From Bacillota bacterium (lineage in GTDB: Bacteria > Bacillota > Bacilli > Bacillales_A > Planococcaceae): a stretch of 64,000 nucleotides of DNA. Where the stretch lies: positions 6,500-70,499 of the forward strand of contig JAEXYZ010000062.1 of the NCBI GenBank assembly GCA_023405135.1, in the 5' to 3' direction. A program made the position numbers and the translations under genes. Under the pieces are notes generated by a model. It saw only the letters and a list, made by a program, of their open reading frames with translations. It was not told the DNA's origin and did not search any database. Shown here piece after piece: positions 9,369 to 19,937 of the stretch. Position 1 is the first letter of the stretch. The number at the start of each line of letters is the position of its first letter.

Positions 9369-10268
9369 ATGGGGATTACAATAGTAGGTGCTGGAGCAGT
9401 AGGGATGTTAATAGCTAGCTTTTTAGCTGAACAACATGAAAATGTAACACTTATTGTGCGACGTAAAGAACAGGCAACAGCACTTCAGAATTATGGCTTA
9501 GTGCGAAAAAATATTGATGGCTCCGTTAGTACTACTAAAGTACAAGTAGAGACTGATTTATCATCTATAAAAAAGGATTCTTTAGTCATTATAGCCGTTA
9601 AATACGGTCAACTTAAACCGTTATATAAAACATTTCAAAACTTAAATGTTGAAACTCCTCTTCTGTTTTTGCAAAATGGCTTGTCCCATTTTGAGGAAGT
9701 GGTACAGCTACCTCAAAAAACAATTGCATTTGCTTCTTGTCAATTTGGTGCTGGAAAGGAAAATGATCATACTGTTGTTCATCGTGGACAAGGTGTCATA
9801 AAAATGGCTGTGGAAAGAGGAGACAAACAATTATATAGACAGTTATTAAGTTTAAATGAAAAACTTCAATTGGTATTTGAAGAAAATGCGGAACAAATGC
9901 TGTTTGAAAAAGCATTATTAAATTGTTTTATTAATCCGATTACTGCGATTGTACAGGTGAAAAATGGAGTGTTAATTGAAAATCAACATACATATCAGCT
10001 ACTTTCAAACCTATATAATGAGTTAATGGAGGCATTTCCAGAGAAGAAAGCTGATTTTTCATTTGAAGATGTTAAAAATTTATGTGTAAGAACAGCGACA
10101 AATACTTCTTCTATGCTGTCAGATAGACTACAACAGCGACCAACCGAAGCAGATACAATAATAGGGGCAGTTTTGAAAAGCGCGGCAAAAAGAGGTAAAA
10201 ATTTGCCGACATTAAACACACTATATCATTTGCTGTTGGCATTAGAAGAGAGCGGTGAGAAGATGTGA
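9369..10268 (+). CDS. panE: 2-dehydropantoate 2-reductase (YlbQ)
   Basis: IVGAGAVG, AVKY, LQNG, KALLNCFINPITA and NTSSMLSD motifs. Confidence 0.9.
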   Translation: MGITIVGAGAVGMLIASFLAEQHENVTLIVRRKEQATALQNYGLVRKNIDGSVSTTKVQVETDLSSIKKDSLVIIAVKYGQLKPLYKTFQNLNVETPLLFLQNGLSHFEEVVQLPQKTIAFASCQFGAGKENDHTVVHRGQGVIKMAVERGDKQLYRQLLSLNEKLQLVFEENAEQMLFEKALLNCFINPITAIVQVKNGVLIENQHTYQLLSNLYNELMEAFPEKKADFSFEDVKNLCVRTATNTSSMLSDRLQQRPTEADTIIGAVLKSAAKRGKNLPTLNTLYHLLLALEESGEKM

Positions 10269-10657
10269 AACTTATCATACAATATTTAGTAAGCTTAATT
10301 ATTTGTTTCCCTATTATTCTGTTTATTATTACATATGCAATTTGTCATAAACGAAAAAAAAGTGCTGTAAAATGTTTTGGGTGTGCAGCGGATGTCACAA
10401 CGTTCGTTCTACTATTCTCTGTACCTCTTTCTATCTCTAGTTTGTGGGGAATGAATTTCAATTTAATTGTATTTGTCATTGAAATTGTCATTGCAATTAT
10501 TTTTACATACATAGATTGGCGCAATAAAAAAGAAATTGAAATATTGCCACTGTTAAAAAAGGTTTGGAGATTGTATTTTATTTTATTAACCATCGCCTAT
10601 ATTGTCATATGGATTGTTGGGTTGATTCAAAGTATAATTGAGTACGTTGTCATTTAA
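10265..10657 (+). CDS. DUF3397-like membrane protein
   Basis: Hydrophobic 130 aa with AADVTT and KKVWRLYF motifs; lies between panE and bshC. Confidence 0.75.
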   Translation: MKLIIQYLVSLIICFPIILFIITYAICHKRKKSAVKCFGCAADVTTFVLLFSVPLSISSLWGMNFNLIVFVIEIVIAIIFTYIDWRNKKEIEILPLLKKVWRLYFILLTIAYIVIWIVGLIQSIIEYVVI

Positions 10658-10784
10658 ATGAAGCATTTTCTTTTGAAGTGTAAGTAGGAACGTTTACAAT
10701 ATAGAAAGTGAATCAATTTATATAAACAAAAGATAGAAAACGAACAACTTTTGAAACTGTTCATAGAGTAGAGGAGATTTTTTT

Positions 10785-12401
10785 ATGAAGCTAGAACAGG
10801 TACAATTACCAGTTAGCAATCAATTACTTTTTGATTATTGGTCAGGTAGTGAAAAGCTACACCCTTTTTATCAATACGAATTTAATGATCAGTCTTTTAT
10901 CACTCGATTTAATTATTTGAAAAATCGATATACGAACAATGAAAAGTTAAGTGAAATCATTCGTTCCTATATGGAGCCTTTAGGTATTTCGGAAAAGGCA
11001 GAAGAAAATTTAATGTGTCTTGAAAAAGGTGCAGTTGCTGTTGTAGGTGGTCAACAAGCAGGAATTTTAACTGGTCCATTATATTCTGTTCATAAAGCGA
11101 TTTCGGTTATTTTACTAGCTAAGGAGCAAAGTGAAAAGCTTGGGGAAAAAGTAGTACCACTTTTTTGGATAGCTGGAGAAGACCATGACTTAGAGGAAAT
11201 AAATCATACTTATACAATTCACAATGGAATTCCCAAAAAGCAAGTGTATGAAAAGCGATCTTCTAAAAAAACAATGGCTTCTGCAACTATAATTCAAAAG
11301 GATGAATTAATTAAATTAATAGAATCTATTTTTAATGATTATGGTGAGACTGAATATACCCAAGATCTTTTTAAATTAGTTTTACAGCAAATTGAGCAAA
11401 GTGATACATTTACAGATTTTTTTGCTCGTATTATGAATCAGTTATTTAAAAATGAAGGTTTATTAATGATTGATGCTGCATTTACACCATTCCGAAAATA
11501 TGAATCATCATTTTTTGTGAAAATAATCGAACATAACGAAGAGTTATCTAAAGTTGTCGTAGAGAAGGAACAATTATTAAATAAAACTGGTTATGGTACA
11601 CCGATTGCTGCAACAATAGAAAATGCAAATCTATTTTATGTTCAAGATGGTGAGCGATTTTTATTAGAAAGAACTGCAACGGGCTATCAAAATTCAAGTG
11701 GCCTAGTTAAATTTACGAAAGAGCAGCTATTAGAAATTGCAATAACTAGTCCTGAAAATTTAAGTAATAATGTTGTAACTCGCCCTTTAATGCAAGAAAT
11801 GACGATTCCGGTACTAGCTTTTGTTGGTGGACCTGGAGAATTAGCGTATTGGGCAACGTTAAAGGATGCATTTGAGCTACTTGATTTACAAATGCCAATA
11901 CTTGCTCCTCGTCTTAATATTACACTGCTTACAAGAAAAGTGGATCAACTGCTTTCTGATTACGAGTTAACTATACCTCAAGTAATAGATGGAAGTGCAC
12001 AATCTTTGAAAGAACAATTTATAGATAGTGTACAAGATGTTGAAGCTAAAAATCATATTGCTAAAATTAAAGATATATTAAATGAGCAGTACGAAAAACT
12101 AGCGGTTCATTTAACTGAACAACAGATTAAGTTACACCCACTTTTAGATAAAAATAAAAAATACCACCAGATGCAATTAGACTATTTAAACAAAAAAATA
12201 GAGCAAGAAATTTTAATTAAACATGACAAAACAATAGGTCAATTTAATTTGCTCAAATCTGAAATCTACCCTAATGACAATCTTCAAGAACGAGTTTATA
12301 ATCCGTTCCAATACTTAAATGTTTATGGAACGGATCTAATTAAAGATTTATGTGCATTGCCTTTTACAATTGCCAATACACATTATGCGGTACGATTGTA
12401 A
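10785..12401 (+). CDS. bshC: Bacillithiol biosynthesis cysteine-adding enzyme
   Basis: VVGGQQAG, FWIAGEDHDLEEI, SNNVVTRP, GGPGELAYW and LQER motifs; upstream of mraZ. Confidence 0.95.
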   Translation: MKLEQVQLPVSNQLLFDYWSGSEKLHPFYQYEFNDQSFITRFNYLKNRYTNNEKLSEIIRSYMEPLGISEKAEENLMCLEKGAVAVVGGQQAGILTGPLYSVHKAISVILLAKEQSEKLGEKVVPLFWIAGEDHDLEEINHTYTIHNGIPKKQVYEKRSSKKTMASATIIQKDELIKLIESIFNDYGETEYTQDLFKLVLQQIEQSDTFTDFFARIMNQLFKNEGLLMIDAAFTPFRKYESSFFVKIIEHNEELSKVVVEKEQLLNKTGYGTPIAATIENANLFYVQDGERFLLERTATGYQNSSGLVKFTKEQLLEIAITSPENLSNNVVTRPLMQEMTIPVLAFVGGPGELAYWATLKDAFELLDLQMPILAPRLNITLLTRKVDQLLSDYELTIPQVIDGSAQSLKEQFIDSVQDVEAKNHIAKIKDILNEQYEKLAVHLTEQQIKLHPLLDKNKKYHQMQLDYLNKKIEQEILIKHDKTIGQFNLLKSEIYPNDNLQERVYNPFQYLNVYGTDLIKDLCALPFTIANTHYAVRL

Positions 12402-12483
12402 TGTTTGTGAAAAGATAGACAGTTTTCTGTAATAAAAATGTTCATCATTTTAGACTTTTTGTCCTAAAATGGACATTTTGTAT

Positions 12484-12526
12484 AAAAAGAGGTCGTCTCA
12501 AAGACATATGAGACGACCTCTTTTTT
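12484..12526 (+). terminator. Intrinsic terminator after bshC
   Basis: AAAAAGAGGTCGTCTCA-loop-TGAGACGACCTCTTTTTT. Confidence 0.85.
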
Positions 12527-12609
12527 GTGTCTATTTTAATGGGTGGGGATGTTGCAAAAAGTACTATATACACAATTTGTTAAAAGTTAATAACAATCTC
12601 TTTAAAAAT

Positions 12610-12635
12610 GTGGAGGAAAGTGGGGGATTGTGGTA
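12610..12635 (+). promoter_or_regulatory. MraZ-binding direct repeats (dcw operator)
   Basis: GTGGAG, GTGGGG and GTGGTA at 12610, 12620 and 12630 (10-bp period) upstream of mraZ, matching the known MraZ operator layout. Confidence 0.75.
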
Positions 12636-12663
12636 CATTATTTACTAAAGTGGGGTGAGTAGC

Positions 12664-13095
12664 ATGTTCATGGGAGAATATCAACATTCCGTTGATGCAA
12701 AAGGACGACTAATTATACCTTCTAAATTTCGAGAAGAATTAGGTACAACTTTTGTAATTACACGCGGACTTGATAACTGCCTATTTGGATATCCTATGGA
12801 TGAATGGCGAAAACTCGAAGAAAAATTAAAGGAATTACCTATGACGAAAAAGGATGCGCGTGCATTTGCAAGGTTTTTCTTTTCAGGGGCAACTGAAGTT
12901 GAAATTGATAAGCAAGGAAGAATTAATATCCCATCAACGCTTGCTACTTACGCAAAGCTTGAAAAAGAATGTGTAGTGCTAGGTGTTTCAAGTAAAATTG
13001 AAATTTGGGCAAAAGATGCTTGGGAATCATATTTCAATGATGCAGAGGAATCCTTTAATGAAATTGCAGAAAATTTAATAGGCTTTGACTTCTAG
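12664..13095 (+). CDS. mraZ: Division/cell-wall cluster transcriptional repressor
   Basis: [19 protein letters not shown] and DKQGRINIP motifs. Confidence 0.97.
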   Translation: MFMGEYQHSVDAKGRLIIPSKFREELGTTFVITRGLDNCLFGYPMDEWRKLEEKLKELPMTKKDARAFARFFFSGATEVEIDKQGRINIPSTLATYAKLEKECVVLGVSSKIEIWAKDAWESYFNDAEESFNEIAENLIGFDF

Positions 13096-13128
13096 AAAAG
13101 TCGCGCGCCAAGAAGGAGTAATGGTTAA

Positions 13129-14079
13129 ATGTTCGATCATACAACCGTACTATTGAAAGAAACTGTTGATGGATTGAGCATCAATCCTGATGGAATATAT
13201 GTAGATTGTACGTTAGGTGGCGCAGGCCATAGTGAATACTTAGTACAACAATTATCATCCAGAGGGAAGCTAATTTGTTTCGATCAAGATATGACGGCGA
13301 TAGAAAATGCAAAAGTTCGTTTAGGAAATTACCTAGATCGCGTAACATTTGTTCATTCTAATTTCCGTTATATAAAAGAGGAACTTCAGAAATTGAATAT
13401 TGAGAAAATTGATGGCATTCTGTATGACTTAGGTGTTTCTTCACCCCAATTAGATATGCCTGAGCGCGGTTTTAGTTATCATCATGATGCACCATTAGAT
13501 ATGCGTATGGATCAAACTTCGGATATTTCTGCATTTCATGTAGTAAATGAATGGCCTTATGAAGATTTGGTTCGAATTTTCTTCCGTTATGGCGAAGAAA
13601 AATTTTCAAAACAAATTGCCCGCAAAATCGAGGAAGCAAGAAAAAAGGCCCCAATTGAAACAACTGGGGAGCTTGTAGAATTGATTAAAGAAGGGATTCC
13701 AGCACCAGCTCGAAGAAAAGGTGGCCATCCTGCAAAAAGAGTGTTTCAAGCAATTCGAATTGCAGTAAATGATGAACTTGGAGCAGCTGAGGATTCATTA
13801 GTGGATGCAATTGATTTACTTAAGGTAGGAGGAAGGATTAGTGTTATTACTTTCCATTCATTAGAAGATCGATTAACGAAATCAATCTTTAAAGAAGCTT
13901 CCTCAATGCCTGATTTACCTCCAGGATTACCTGTAATTCCGGATGAATATAAACCGACATTAAAGTTAGTTACTAGAAAACCAATTCTTCCATCAGAAGA
14001 AGAATTACAAGAAAACAATCGTTCACGGTCAGCAAAGCTTCGTATTGCTGAAAAAATAAATGACAAAGGGCGTGGGTAA
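13129..14079 (+). CDS. rsmH: 16S rRNA (cytosine1402-N4) methyltransferase
   Basis: [34 protein letters not shown] and FHSLEDR motifs. Confidence 0.97.
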   Translation: MFDHTTVLLKETVDGLSINPDGIYVDCTLGGAGHSEYLVQQLSSRGKLICFDQDMTAIENAKVRLGNYLDRVTFVHSNFRYIKEELQKLNIEKIDGILYDLGVSSPQLDMPERGFSYHHDAPLDMRMDQTSDISAFHVVNEWPYEDLVRIFFRYGEEKFSKQIARKIEEARKKAPIETTGELVELIKEGIPAPARRKGGHPAKRVFQAIRIAVNDELGAAEDSLVDAIDLLKVGGRISVITFHSLEDRLTKSIFKEASSMPDLPPGLPVIPDEYKPTLKLVTRKPILPSEEELQENNRSRSAKLRIAEKINDKGRG

Positions 14080-14451
14080 ATGGCAGTTCGTGTTAGGCAA
14101 TATTCATATGTTCAACAGCCTGTAGTTCCGGAACAGCAACAACCCTCTATAAAACAAAATAGTGATAAAAAGAAAAAAATTATTACTGCAAAAGAAAAGC
14201 TAATATATATTGCTTTTATTGTCCTAGTTGCCGTGCTTGCTGTTTCAATACTACATAAGCAAAGTTCGATTCAGCAGACAACGATGGAAATTCAAAAAAT
14301 CGAATCGGAAATTGCTGAAACTGAAAAGCAAAATGTTGATTTAAAGGTACAAGTAAGTGAGTTATCAACGTATGAAAGAATTTGGGAAAAAGCAAAAGCA
14401 CTCGGTTTAACTCTTAATGAGAAGAATGTAAAGGTAGTGCCGGGAGAATGA
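14080..14451 (+). CDS. ftsL: Cell division protein FtsL
   Basis: Single TM plus coiled coil, ELSTYERI and AKALGL; between rsmH and pbpB. Confidence 0.9.
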   Translation: MAVRVRQYSYVQQPVVPEQQQPSIKQNSDKKKKIITAKEKLIYIAFIVLVAVLAVSILHKQSSIQQTTMEIQKIESEIAETEKQNVDLKVQVSELSTYERIWEKAKALGLTLNEKNVKVVPGE

Positions 14452-16667
14452 AAAAGAAGACATTTCGATTCCAATGGGGAGCCTTTCTAATGTTATTACT
14501 ATATGGAGGGCTCTTTTTTGCATTATTTATTCGGATATTTTACATTCAAGCGACAGGTGAAGTGGCTGGCCAACAATTAGAAGCAAAAGCAGCCGCACTT
14601 TATGAAAAAGAAGCGGTATTAACAGCAGAACGCGGAAAAATCAAAGACCGAAATGGAAATATTATCGCAGAGGATACATTAAGCTATCGACTTATTGCAG
14701 TAGTTAATCCAAAGGCAACAACGGATTCGAAACGTCCTAAACATGTTACTGATCCTGAGAAAACTGCAAAAATACTAGCTCAATATATTCCGATGGATGA
14801 ATCAGAAATTTATAAGAACTTAACGAAAAGGTTAAGTGATGGTAGACAGCCATACCAGGTAGAGTTTGGCGTTGCAGGGCGTAGTATAAGTCATGAAACG
14901 ATGAACGCTATTAAAGAAGAAAAGCTACCTGGAATTATATTTGCAAGTGACACAAAACGATACTATCCTAATGGGCCATTTGCATCTCACTTAATCGGTT
15001 TTGCTCTTAAAGAACAACAAGATAATGGTGATTTTAAAACAGTTGGGAAAATGGGATTAGAGTATATATACAATAAAGACCTAACTGGTAAAAATGGATC
15101 CATTCAATATGAAAGTGATATTTTCGGATATTTACTTCCAAACAGCGAAAAAATGGTGAAGCCTGCTGTAAATGGTCGAGATATTTATTTAACAATAGAT
15201 AAAACCATTCAAAACTTTTTAGAAGAATCAATGACAGAGGTTTATAAAGAATATAATCCAGAATCAATGGTTGCAGTTGTTGCTAATCCTAAAACTGGTG
15301 AAATATTGGCGATGACACAACGTCCAACATTTGATCCTGATACACGAGAAGGGTTAAAAGATAACTGGTTGAATGAGGTGACCGAGAAAGTAATGGAGCC
15401 AGGTTCAACAATGAAAACATTTACTTTAGCAACTGCGATTGAAACTGGTAATTGGAACCCCAATGCATATTTCCGTTCGGGTAGCTACACGATTCTAGAT
15501 AGAACAATTCGTGACCATAATTTAGTAGGATGGGGTAGCATTACTTATTTAGAAGGATTCCAACGCTCAGCCAATACAGCGATGGCAAATTTACTAGAAC
15601 AAATCGGTGATGAAACTTTTGTTGAATATATAAAGAAATTTGGATTTGGAGAAAAAACTGGCATTGATTTACCTGGAGAAGTAACAGGTACACTTTTAAC
15701 AAAATATCCAATTAACAGAGTAACAACAACCTTTGGTCAAGGTACCACTGTTACTCCTATCCAACTTGTACAAGCTATGACCGCCATTGCAAATGATGGT
15801 CAAATGATGCAACCATATATAATAGATAAGATTATAGATTCCAATACTGGTGAAATAATAGAAGAAAGTGAACCTGTCGTGAAGGGTAAACCTATTTCTG
15901 CTAAAACTGCTACACAAGTAAGAGAAATTTTAGCTTCTACGGTTACTTCAGAAGCAGGAACAGCTCGCAGATTCGCTATTGATGGTTATGAAGTTGGTGG
16001 GAAAACAGGTACTGCTCAAATTGCGCGATCTGGTGGTGGTTATTTAGCAGGAAAAAATAATTACCTTTATTCATTTTTAGGACTAGCACCAATTGATGAT
16101 CCACAACTTATTGTTTACGTTGCAGTAAAGCAACCGAAATTGTCCGCAACTGAGGTTGGTTCAGAACCAGTTGCTAAAGTGTTCACTTCTGTTGTACAAA
16201 ACAGTTTGAAATATTTAAATATAAAACCAGAAGATGTGGCAGAGGTAAAAACTGCGAAAATGAATGACTATATCGGTCAAAGTGTGGAAAATGTTCAAGT
16301 TGAGCTTACAAACGAAGGTTTAAAACCAATTGTAATTGGTGAAGGTGGACAAATAATAGATCAATATCCACAAGCCGGTCTTCCAATTACAAAAGGAAGT
16401 TTAGTATTCCTTAAAACGGAAGGAGCAATTACGATTCCGTCATTTGAAAATTGGTCTCTACGAAATATTTTAGTATATAAGATGTTGTCAGGTTTATCCA
16501 TTGAAATCGTTGGAGAAGGGTATGTTGAAAGTCAAAGTGTTTCTGCTAATACAACAATAGTTGATTCTTCGCCAATCGTTGTTAAACTGAAAACACCTGA
16601 AGAGATGTATACACAAATAATAGAAGAACAAGCAACTGAAGAAAGTGAGATTTTACCACAAGATTAG
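14448..16667 (+). CDS. pbpB: Penicillin-binding protein 2B (division transpeptidase, two PASTA domains)
   Basis: RGKIKDRNG, EPGSTMK (SxxK), SAN (SxN) and KTGTAQ motifs; dcw position. Confidence 0.93.
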   Translation: MKKKTFRFQWGAFLMLLLYGGLFFALFIRIFYIQATGEVAGQQLEAKAAALYEKEAVLTAERGKIKDRNGNIIAEDTLSYRLIAVVNPKATTDSKRPKHVTDPEKTAKILAQYIPMDESEIYKNLTKRLSDGRQPYQVEFGVAGRSISHETMNAIKEEKLPGIIFASDTKRYYPNGPFASHLIGFALKEQQDNGDFKTVGKMGLEYIYNKDLTGKNGSIQYESDIFGYLLPNSEKMVKPAVNGRDIYLTIDKTIQNFLEESMTEVYKEYNPESMVAVVANPKTGEILAMTQRPTFDPDTREGLKDNWLNEVTEKVMEPGSTMKTFTLATAIETGNWNPNAYFRSGSYTILDRTIRDHNLVGWGSITYLEGFQRSANTAMANLLEQIGDETFVEYIKKFGFGEKTGIDLPGEVTGTLLTKYPINRVTTTFGQGTTVTPIQLVQAMTAIANDGQMMQPYIIDKIIDSNTGEIIEESEPVVKGKPISAKTATQVREILASTVTSEAGTARRFAIDGYEVGGKTGTAQIARSGGGYLAGKNNYLYSFLGLAPIDDPQLIVYVAVKQPKLSATEVGSEPVAKVFTSVVQNSLKYLNIKPEDVAEVKTAKMNDYIGQSVENVQVELTNEGLKPIVIGEGGQIIDQYPQAGLPITKGSLVFLKTEGAITIPSFENWSLRNILVYKMLSGLSIEIVGEGYVESQSVSANTTIVDSSPIVVKLKTPEEMYTQIIEEQATEESEILPQD

Positions 16668-16677
16668 TAGAAAGCGT

Positions 16678-16708
16678 TCGAATAGAAGTCAACTTCAATA
16701 CATACTTT
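16678..16708 (+). promoter_or_regulatory. Putative sigma-E promoter of spoVD
   Basis: GAATA followed by CATACTTT (16701) just upstream of spoVD, which is sigma-E controlled in Bacillus. Confidence 0.45.
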
Positions 16709-16732
16709 GTTAAAAACGAGGTGTGAATAAAA

Positions 16733-18655
16733 ATGAAGTGGATTTCTACCATTTCAAAAAATCGCTTAAAACTAATTGTTTATGGTTTTATTCTTTTTGG
16801 AATTGCTGTTGTCATTCGATTATTTTATGTCCAAGTCATTCAACATGATGAATTAACCGAGCTTGCAAAAGAAAACTGGGATCGAGAAATCCCATTTGCA
16901 TCAGAGCGTGGAGAAATTATTGATCGTAACGGTGAAGTTCTTGTTACAAATAAGCTAGCACCTACACTTTATTTTATGCCTGCTCAAAACGATAATATTG
17001 AACAAGCTGCAAAACAAATTGCATCTGTATTAAAAATTGATGAACAAAAGCTTTATAAGAAAATGAATTCAAAAGATTATCTAGTAAAGCTTGCACCAGA
17101 AGCGAAAAATATTACGTATGAACAAGCTGTACAAATTCAAGGTCTTAAAATTGATGGTTTATACAGTGGTGTCGATTATGTACGACATTATCCATATGGA
17201 GATTTATTATCTAGGTTTATAGGATTTACTGGCTATGATACGCAAGGCTTGGCAGGAATCGAATATCAATATAACAAGTTTCTTACATCAAGGGCAGCAG
17301 CAATTCGACTTTTCACAGATGCGAAAGGTAATTCTCTACCTCATGTTGATGACGAATGGCGTGAAGGCGATCAAGGTGCAACAGTTGAATTGACAATTGA
17401 TTTAGAAGTTCAACAAGTTGTAGAAAGAGAATTGTCACAGGCAATGAAAAAATATGATGCTGACCAAGCGTTAGCTATTGCGATGAATGTAAATACTGGT
17501 GAGATATTAGCTCTTTCTTCGTATCCTACATATGATCCATCAAAATTTGAAGAAGTAGATTCTTCAATCTATAATCGGAATTTGCCGGTTTGGATGACAT
17601 ATGAGCCTGGTTCAACCTTTAAAATTATTACGTTAAGTGCTGCTTTAGAAGAAGGTGTTGTTGATCTCGAAAAGGATACATTTTACGACAAAGGTTATAC
17701 AATTGTTGAGGGAGCTAGACTTCGTTGTTGGAAACGTTCGGGGCATGGCAGTGAGACATTTTTGCAAGTAGTAGAGAATTCATGTAACCCTGGATTTATT
17801 GAGCTTGGACAACGTGTTGGTTCAACAAAGCTACTCAAATATATTAAAGATTTCGGATTTGGTGAAACTACAGGTTCAAATATTGCTGGTGAAGCTTCAG
17901 GGATTTTGTTCTCTGAAAAGTCATTTGGTCCTGTTGAGCACGCTACGACGTCATTTGGTCAAGGAATTGCAGTCACTCCTATTCAGCAAGTTCAAGCAGT
18001 AGCAGCAGCAGTAAATGGTGGGAAATTGTACACACCTTATGTTGTATCGAAGGTATATGATTCAGGGACTGGTAAAACAATTGTAGAAAATAAACCAGAT
18101 TTAAAACGCACTGTAATTAGCGAAGAAACATCTAAAGAAGTACGTCATGCGCTTGAATCAGTTGTAGCAAATGGATCTGGTCGCCAAGCATACCGAGATG
18201 GTTTAAGAATTGGTGGGAAAACTGGAACAGCTCAAAAAGTAGAAAATGGTCGTTATAAACAAGGAGACTATATCGTATCATTTATCGGATTTGCCCCTGC
18301 TGATAATCCTGAAATTGTTGTTTATGTAGCAATTGATCACCCGAAAAGCTCTGTAGTTTTTGGTAGTACGATAGCAGCTCCAATTGTCGGTCAAATAATT
18401 GAAGACATTGCACCTAAGGTAGGAATAGAAGTAAATCGTAAAGGTCAATTGGAGAAACAGTATCGATGGGGAGATCCAATCACAGATCGTGTTCCAAATT
18501 TAGTAGGTTACGAAAAATCTGAAGTAATGCAATTGCAGTATCCATATAAAATTCAATGGCATGGTGAAGGAAATGTAGTAACGGCTCAATTACCAGAAGC
18601 AGATAATATTATTCAACAAGATGGCACCATTCATCTTTATTTAGAAAAAAACTAA
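16733..18655 (+). CDS. spoVD: Stage V sporulation protein D (cortex PBP)
   Basis: EPGSTFK, RCWK and SCN (conserved Cys pair), KTGTAQK, one PASTA domain; follows pbpB. Confidence 0.92.
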   Translation: MKWISTISKNRLKLIVYGFILFGIAVVIRLFYVQVIQHDELTELAKENWDREIPFASERGEIIDRNGEVLVTNKLAPTLYFMPAQNDNIEQAAKQIASVLKIDEQKLYKKMNSKDYLVKLAPEAKNITYEQAVQIQGLKIDGLYSGVDYVRHYPYGDLLSRFIGFTGYDTQGLAGIEYQYNKFLTSRAAAIRLFTDAKGNSLPHVDDEWREGDQGATVELTIDLEVQQVVERELSQAMKKYDADQALAIAMNVNTGEILALSSYPTYDPSKFEEVDSSIYNRNLPVWMTYEPGSTFKIITLSAALEEGVVDLEKDTFYDKGYTIVEGARLRCWKRSGHGSETFLQVVENSCNPGFIELGQRVGSTKLLKYIKDFGFGETTGSNIAGEASGILFSEKSFGPVEHATTSFGQGIAVTPIQQVQAVAAAVNGGKLYTPYVVSKVYDSGTGKTIVENKPDLKRTVISEETSKEVRHALESVVANGSGRQAYRDGLRIGGKTGTAQKVENGRYKQGDYIVSFIGFAPADNPEIVVYVAIDHPKSSVVFGSTIAAPIVGQIIEDIAPKVGIEVNRKGQLEKQYRWGDPITDRVPNLVGYEKSEVMQLQYPYKIQWHGEGNVVTAQLPEADNIIQQDGTIHLYLEKN

Positions 18656-18730
18656 CTTTTAAATTTCTTTAAAAATGATTTGAAAACAACTATTATAAAT
18701 GATGAATCATTTAGAAAAACAAATATATAG

Positions 18731-18946
18731 AAAAGCGGAGTGTGTTTGTTTAGCCGGCGTCGGCGAGAGCGCCACGTGGGGTGCTCCTGCGGTTACTCGT
18801 CGCAAAAAACATCTGCTCCTGCGGTTACTCGTCGCAAAAAACATCTGCTCCTGCGGTTACTCGTCGCAAAGTACCTTTGTGGCATCGTTGACATTCCATG
18901 GGTGTCGTTAGTAAGGCAACTTCGAGTGCAAGTGCAAAGCTAGATA
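18731..18946 (+). mobile_element. GC-rich MITE-like intergenic element containing tandem repeats
   Basis: GC-rich island in an AT-rich spacer, bounded by AAAAGCGGAG and GCTAGATA, with nested inverted repeats; no transposase. Confidence 0.5.
18782..18870 (+). repeat. Tandem repeat, 32-bp unit, about 2.8 copies
   Basis: TGCTCCTGCGGTTACTCGTCGCAAAAAACATC at 18782 and 18814, with a partial copy at 18846. Confidence 0.95.
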
Positions 18947-18962
18947 AAAGAGGAGATTTAAC

Positions 18963-19937
18963 ATGACAATCATAACAACAATAACCATTCTAGCGATTTC
19001 ATTCATCGTTTCTGTGGTTCTTGCTCCAATATTAATCCCAATTCTTCGGCGTTTAAAATTTGGACAGAGCATTCGTGAAGAGGGTCCACAGTCTCATATG
19101 AAAAAGGCTGGTACACCTACAATGGGTGGCATTATATTTTTATTATCGATAATTGCTACAACGGTAATTGTTGGAAATGCTTTCGATTTATTTACCACTC
19201 AGTCAGTTGTAATGTTACTAGTATTAGCTGGATTTGGACTAATCGGATTTTTAGATGATGGAATTAAAGTAATTTTCAAACGTAATTTAGGATTAACTTC
19301 ATTGCAAAAATTAATTGCTCAAATAATTATTTCCATTGCAGCCTTCCTGTTATTACGATTAGGAACATTTGATACATCAATTAATATTCCGTTTACTGAA
19401 CTATCAATTGACTTTGGAATTTTATATGTTGCGTTCTTAATTTTTTGGTTAGTAGGATTTTCCAATGCCGTAAATTTAACAGATGGTTTAGACGGTTTAG
19501 TTGCTGGAACTGCATCCATTGCTTTTACTGCATATGGTGTTATAGCGTTATTTAATGAACAAGCGGATGTTGCATTATTTACTTTTGCCGTTACGGGTGC
19601 TTTATTAGGATTTTTAATCTTTAATGCAAACCCAGCTAAAGTGTTCATGGGTGATACAGGATCTTTAGCTTTAGGTGGATCTTTAGCACTTGTTTCTGTT
19701 GTCGTAAAGGAAGAATTGTTACTATTATTAATCGGTTTAGTTTTTGTTATAGAGACGTTATCGGTTATTTTACAAGTAGGAAGCTTTAAATTACGTGGTA
19801 AACGTATATTTAAAATGAGCCCAATCCATCATCATTTTGAGTTATCTGGTTGGTCTGAGCGTAAGGTAGTCGGTGTCTTTTGGTCGACAGCATTAGTTGT
19901 TGCATTGATTGCAGTAATAACGGAGGCAATGTTATGA
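18963..19937 (+). CDS. mraY: Phospho-N-acetylmuramoyl-pentapeptide transferase
   Basis: KAGTPTMGG, NAVNLTDGLDGL, VFMGDTGS and PIHHHFEL motifs. Confidence 0.97.
   Translation: MTIITTITILAISFIVSVVLAPILIPILRRLKFGQSIREEGPQSHMKKAGTPTMGGIIFLLSIIATTVIVGNAFDLFTTQSVVMLLVLAGFGLIGFLDDGIKVIFKRNLGLTSLQKLIAQIIISIAAFLLLRLGTFDTSINIPFTELSIDFGILYVAFLIFWLVGFSNAVNLTDGLDGLVAGTASIAFTAYGVIALFNEQADVALFTFAVTGALLGFLIFNANPAKVFMGDTGSLALGGSLALVSVVVKEELLLLLIGLVFVIETLSVILQVGSFKLRGKRIFKMSPIHHHFELSGWSERKVVGVFWSTALVVALIAVITEAML

Noticed and set aside
18782..18870. Possible mini CRISPR array
   Set aside because: The units are perfectly tandem with no unique spacers, and there are no cas genes in the window.
18699..18943. Short ORFs 18699-18911 and 18740-18943
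   Set aside because: They are translations of the tandem repeat, with the same peptides recurring in shifted frames, and have no convincing RBS.
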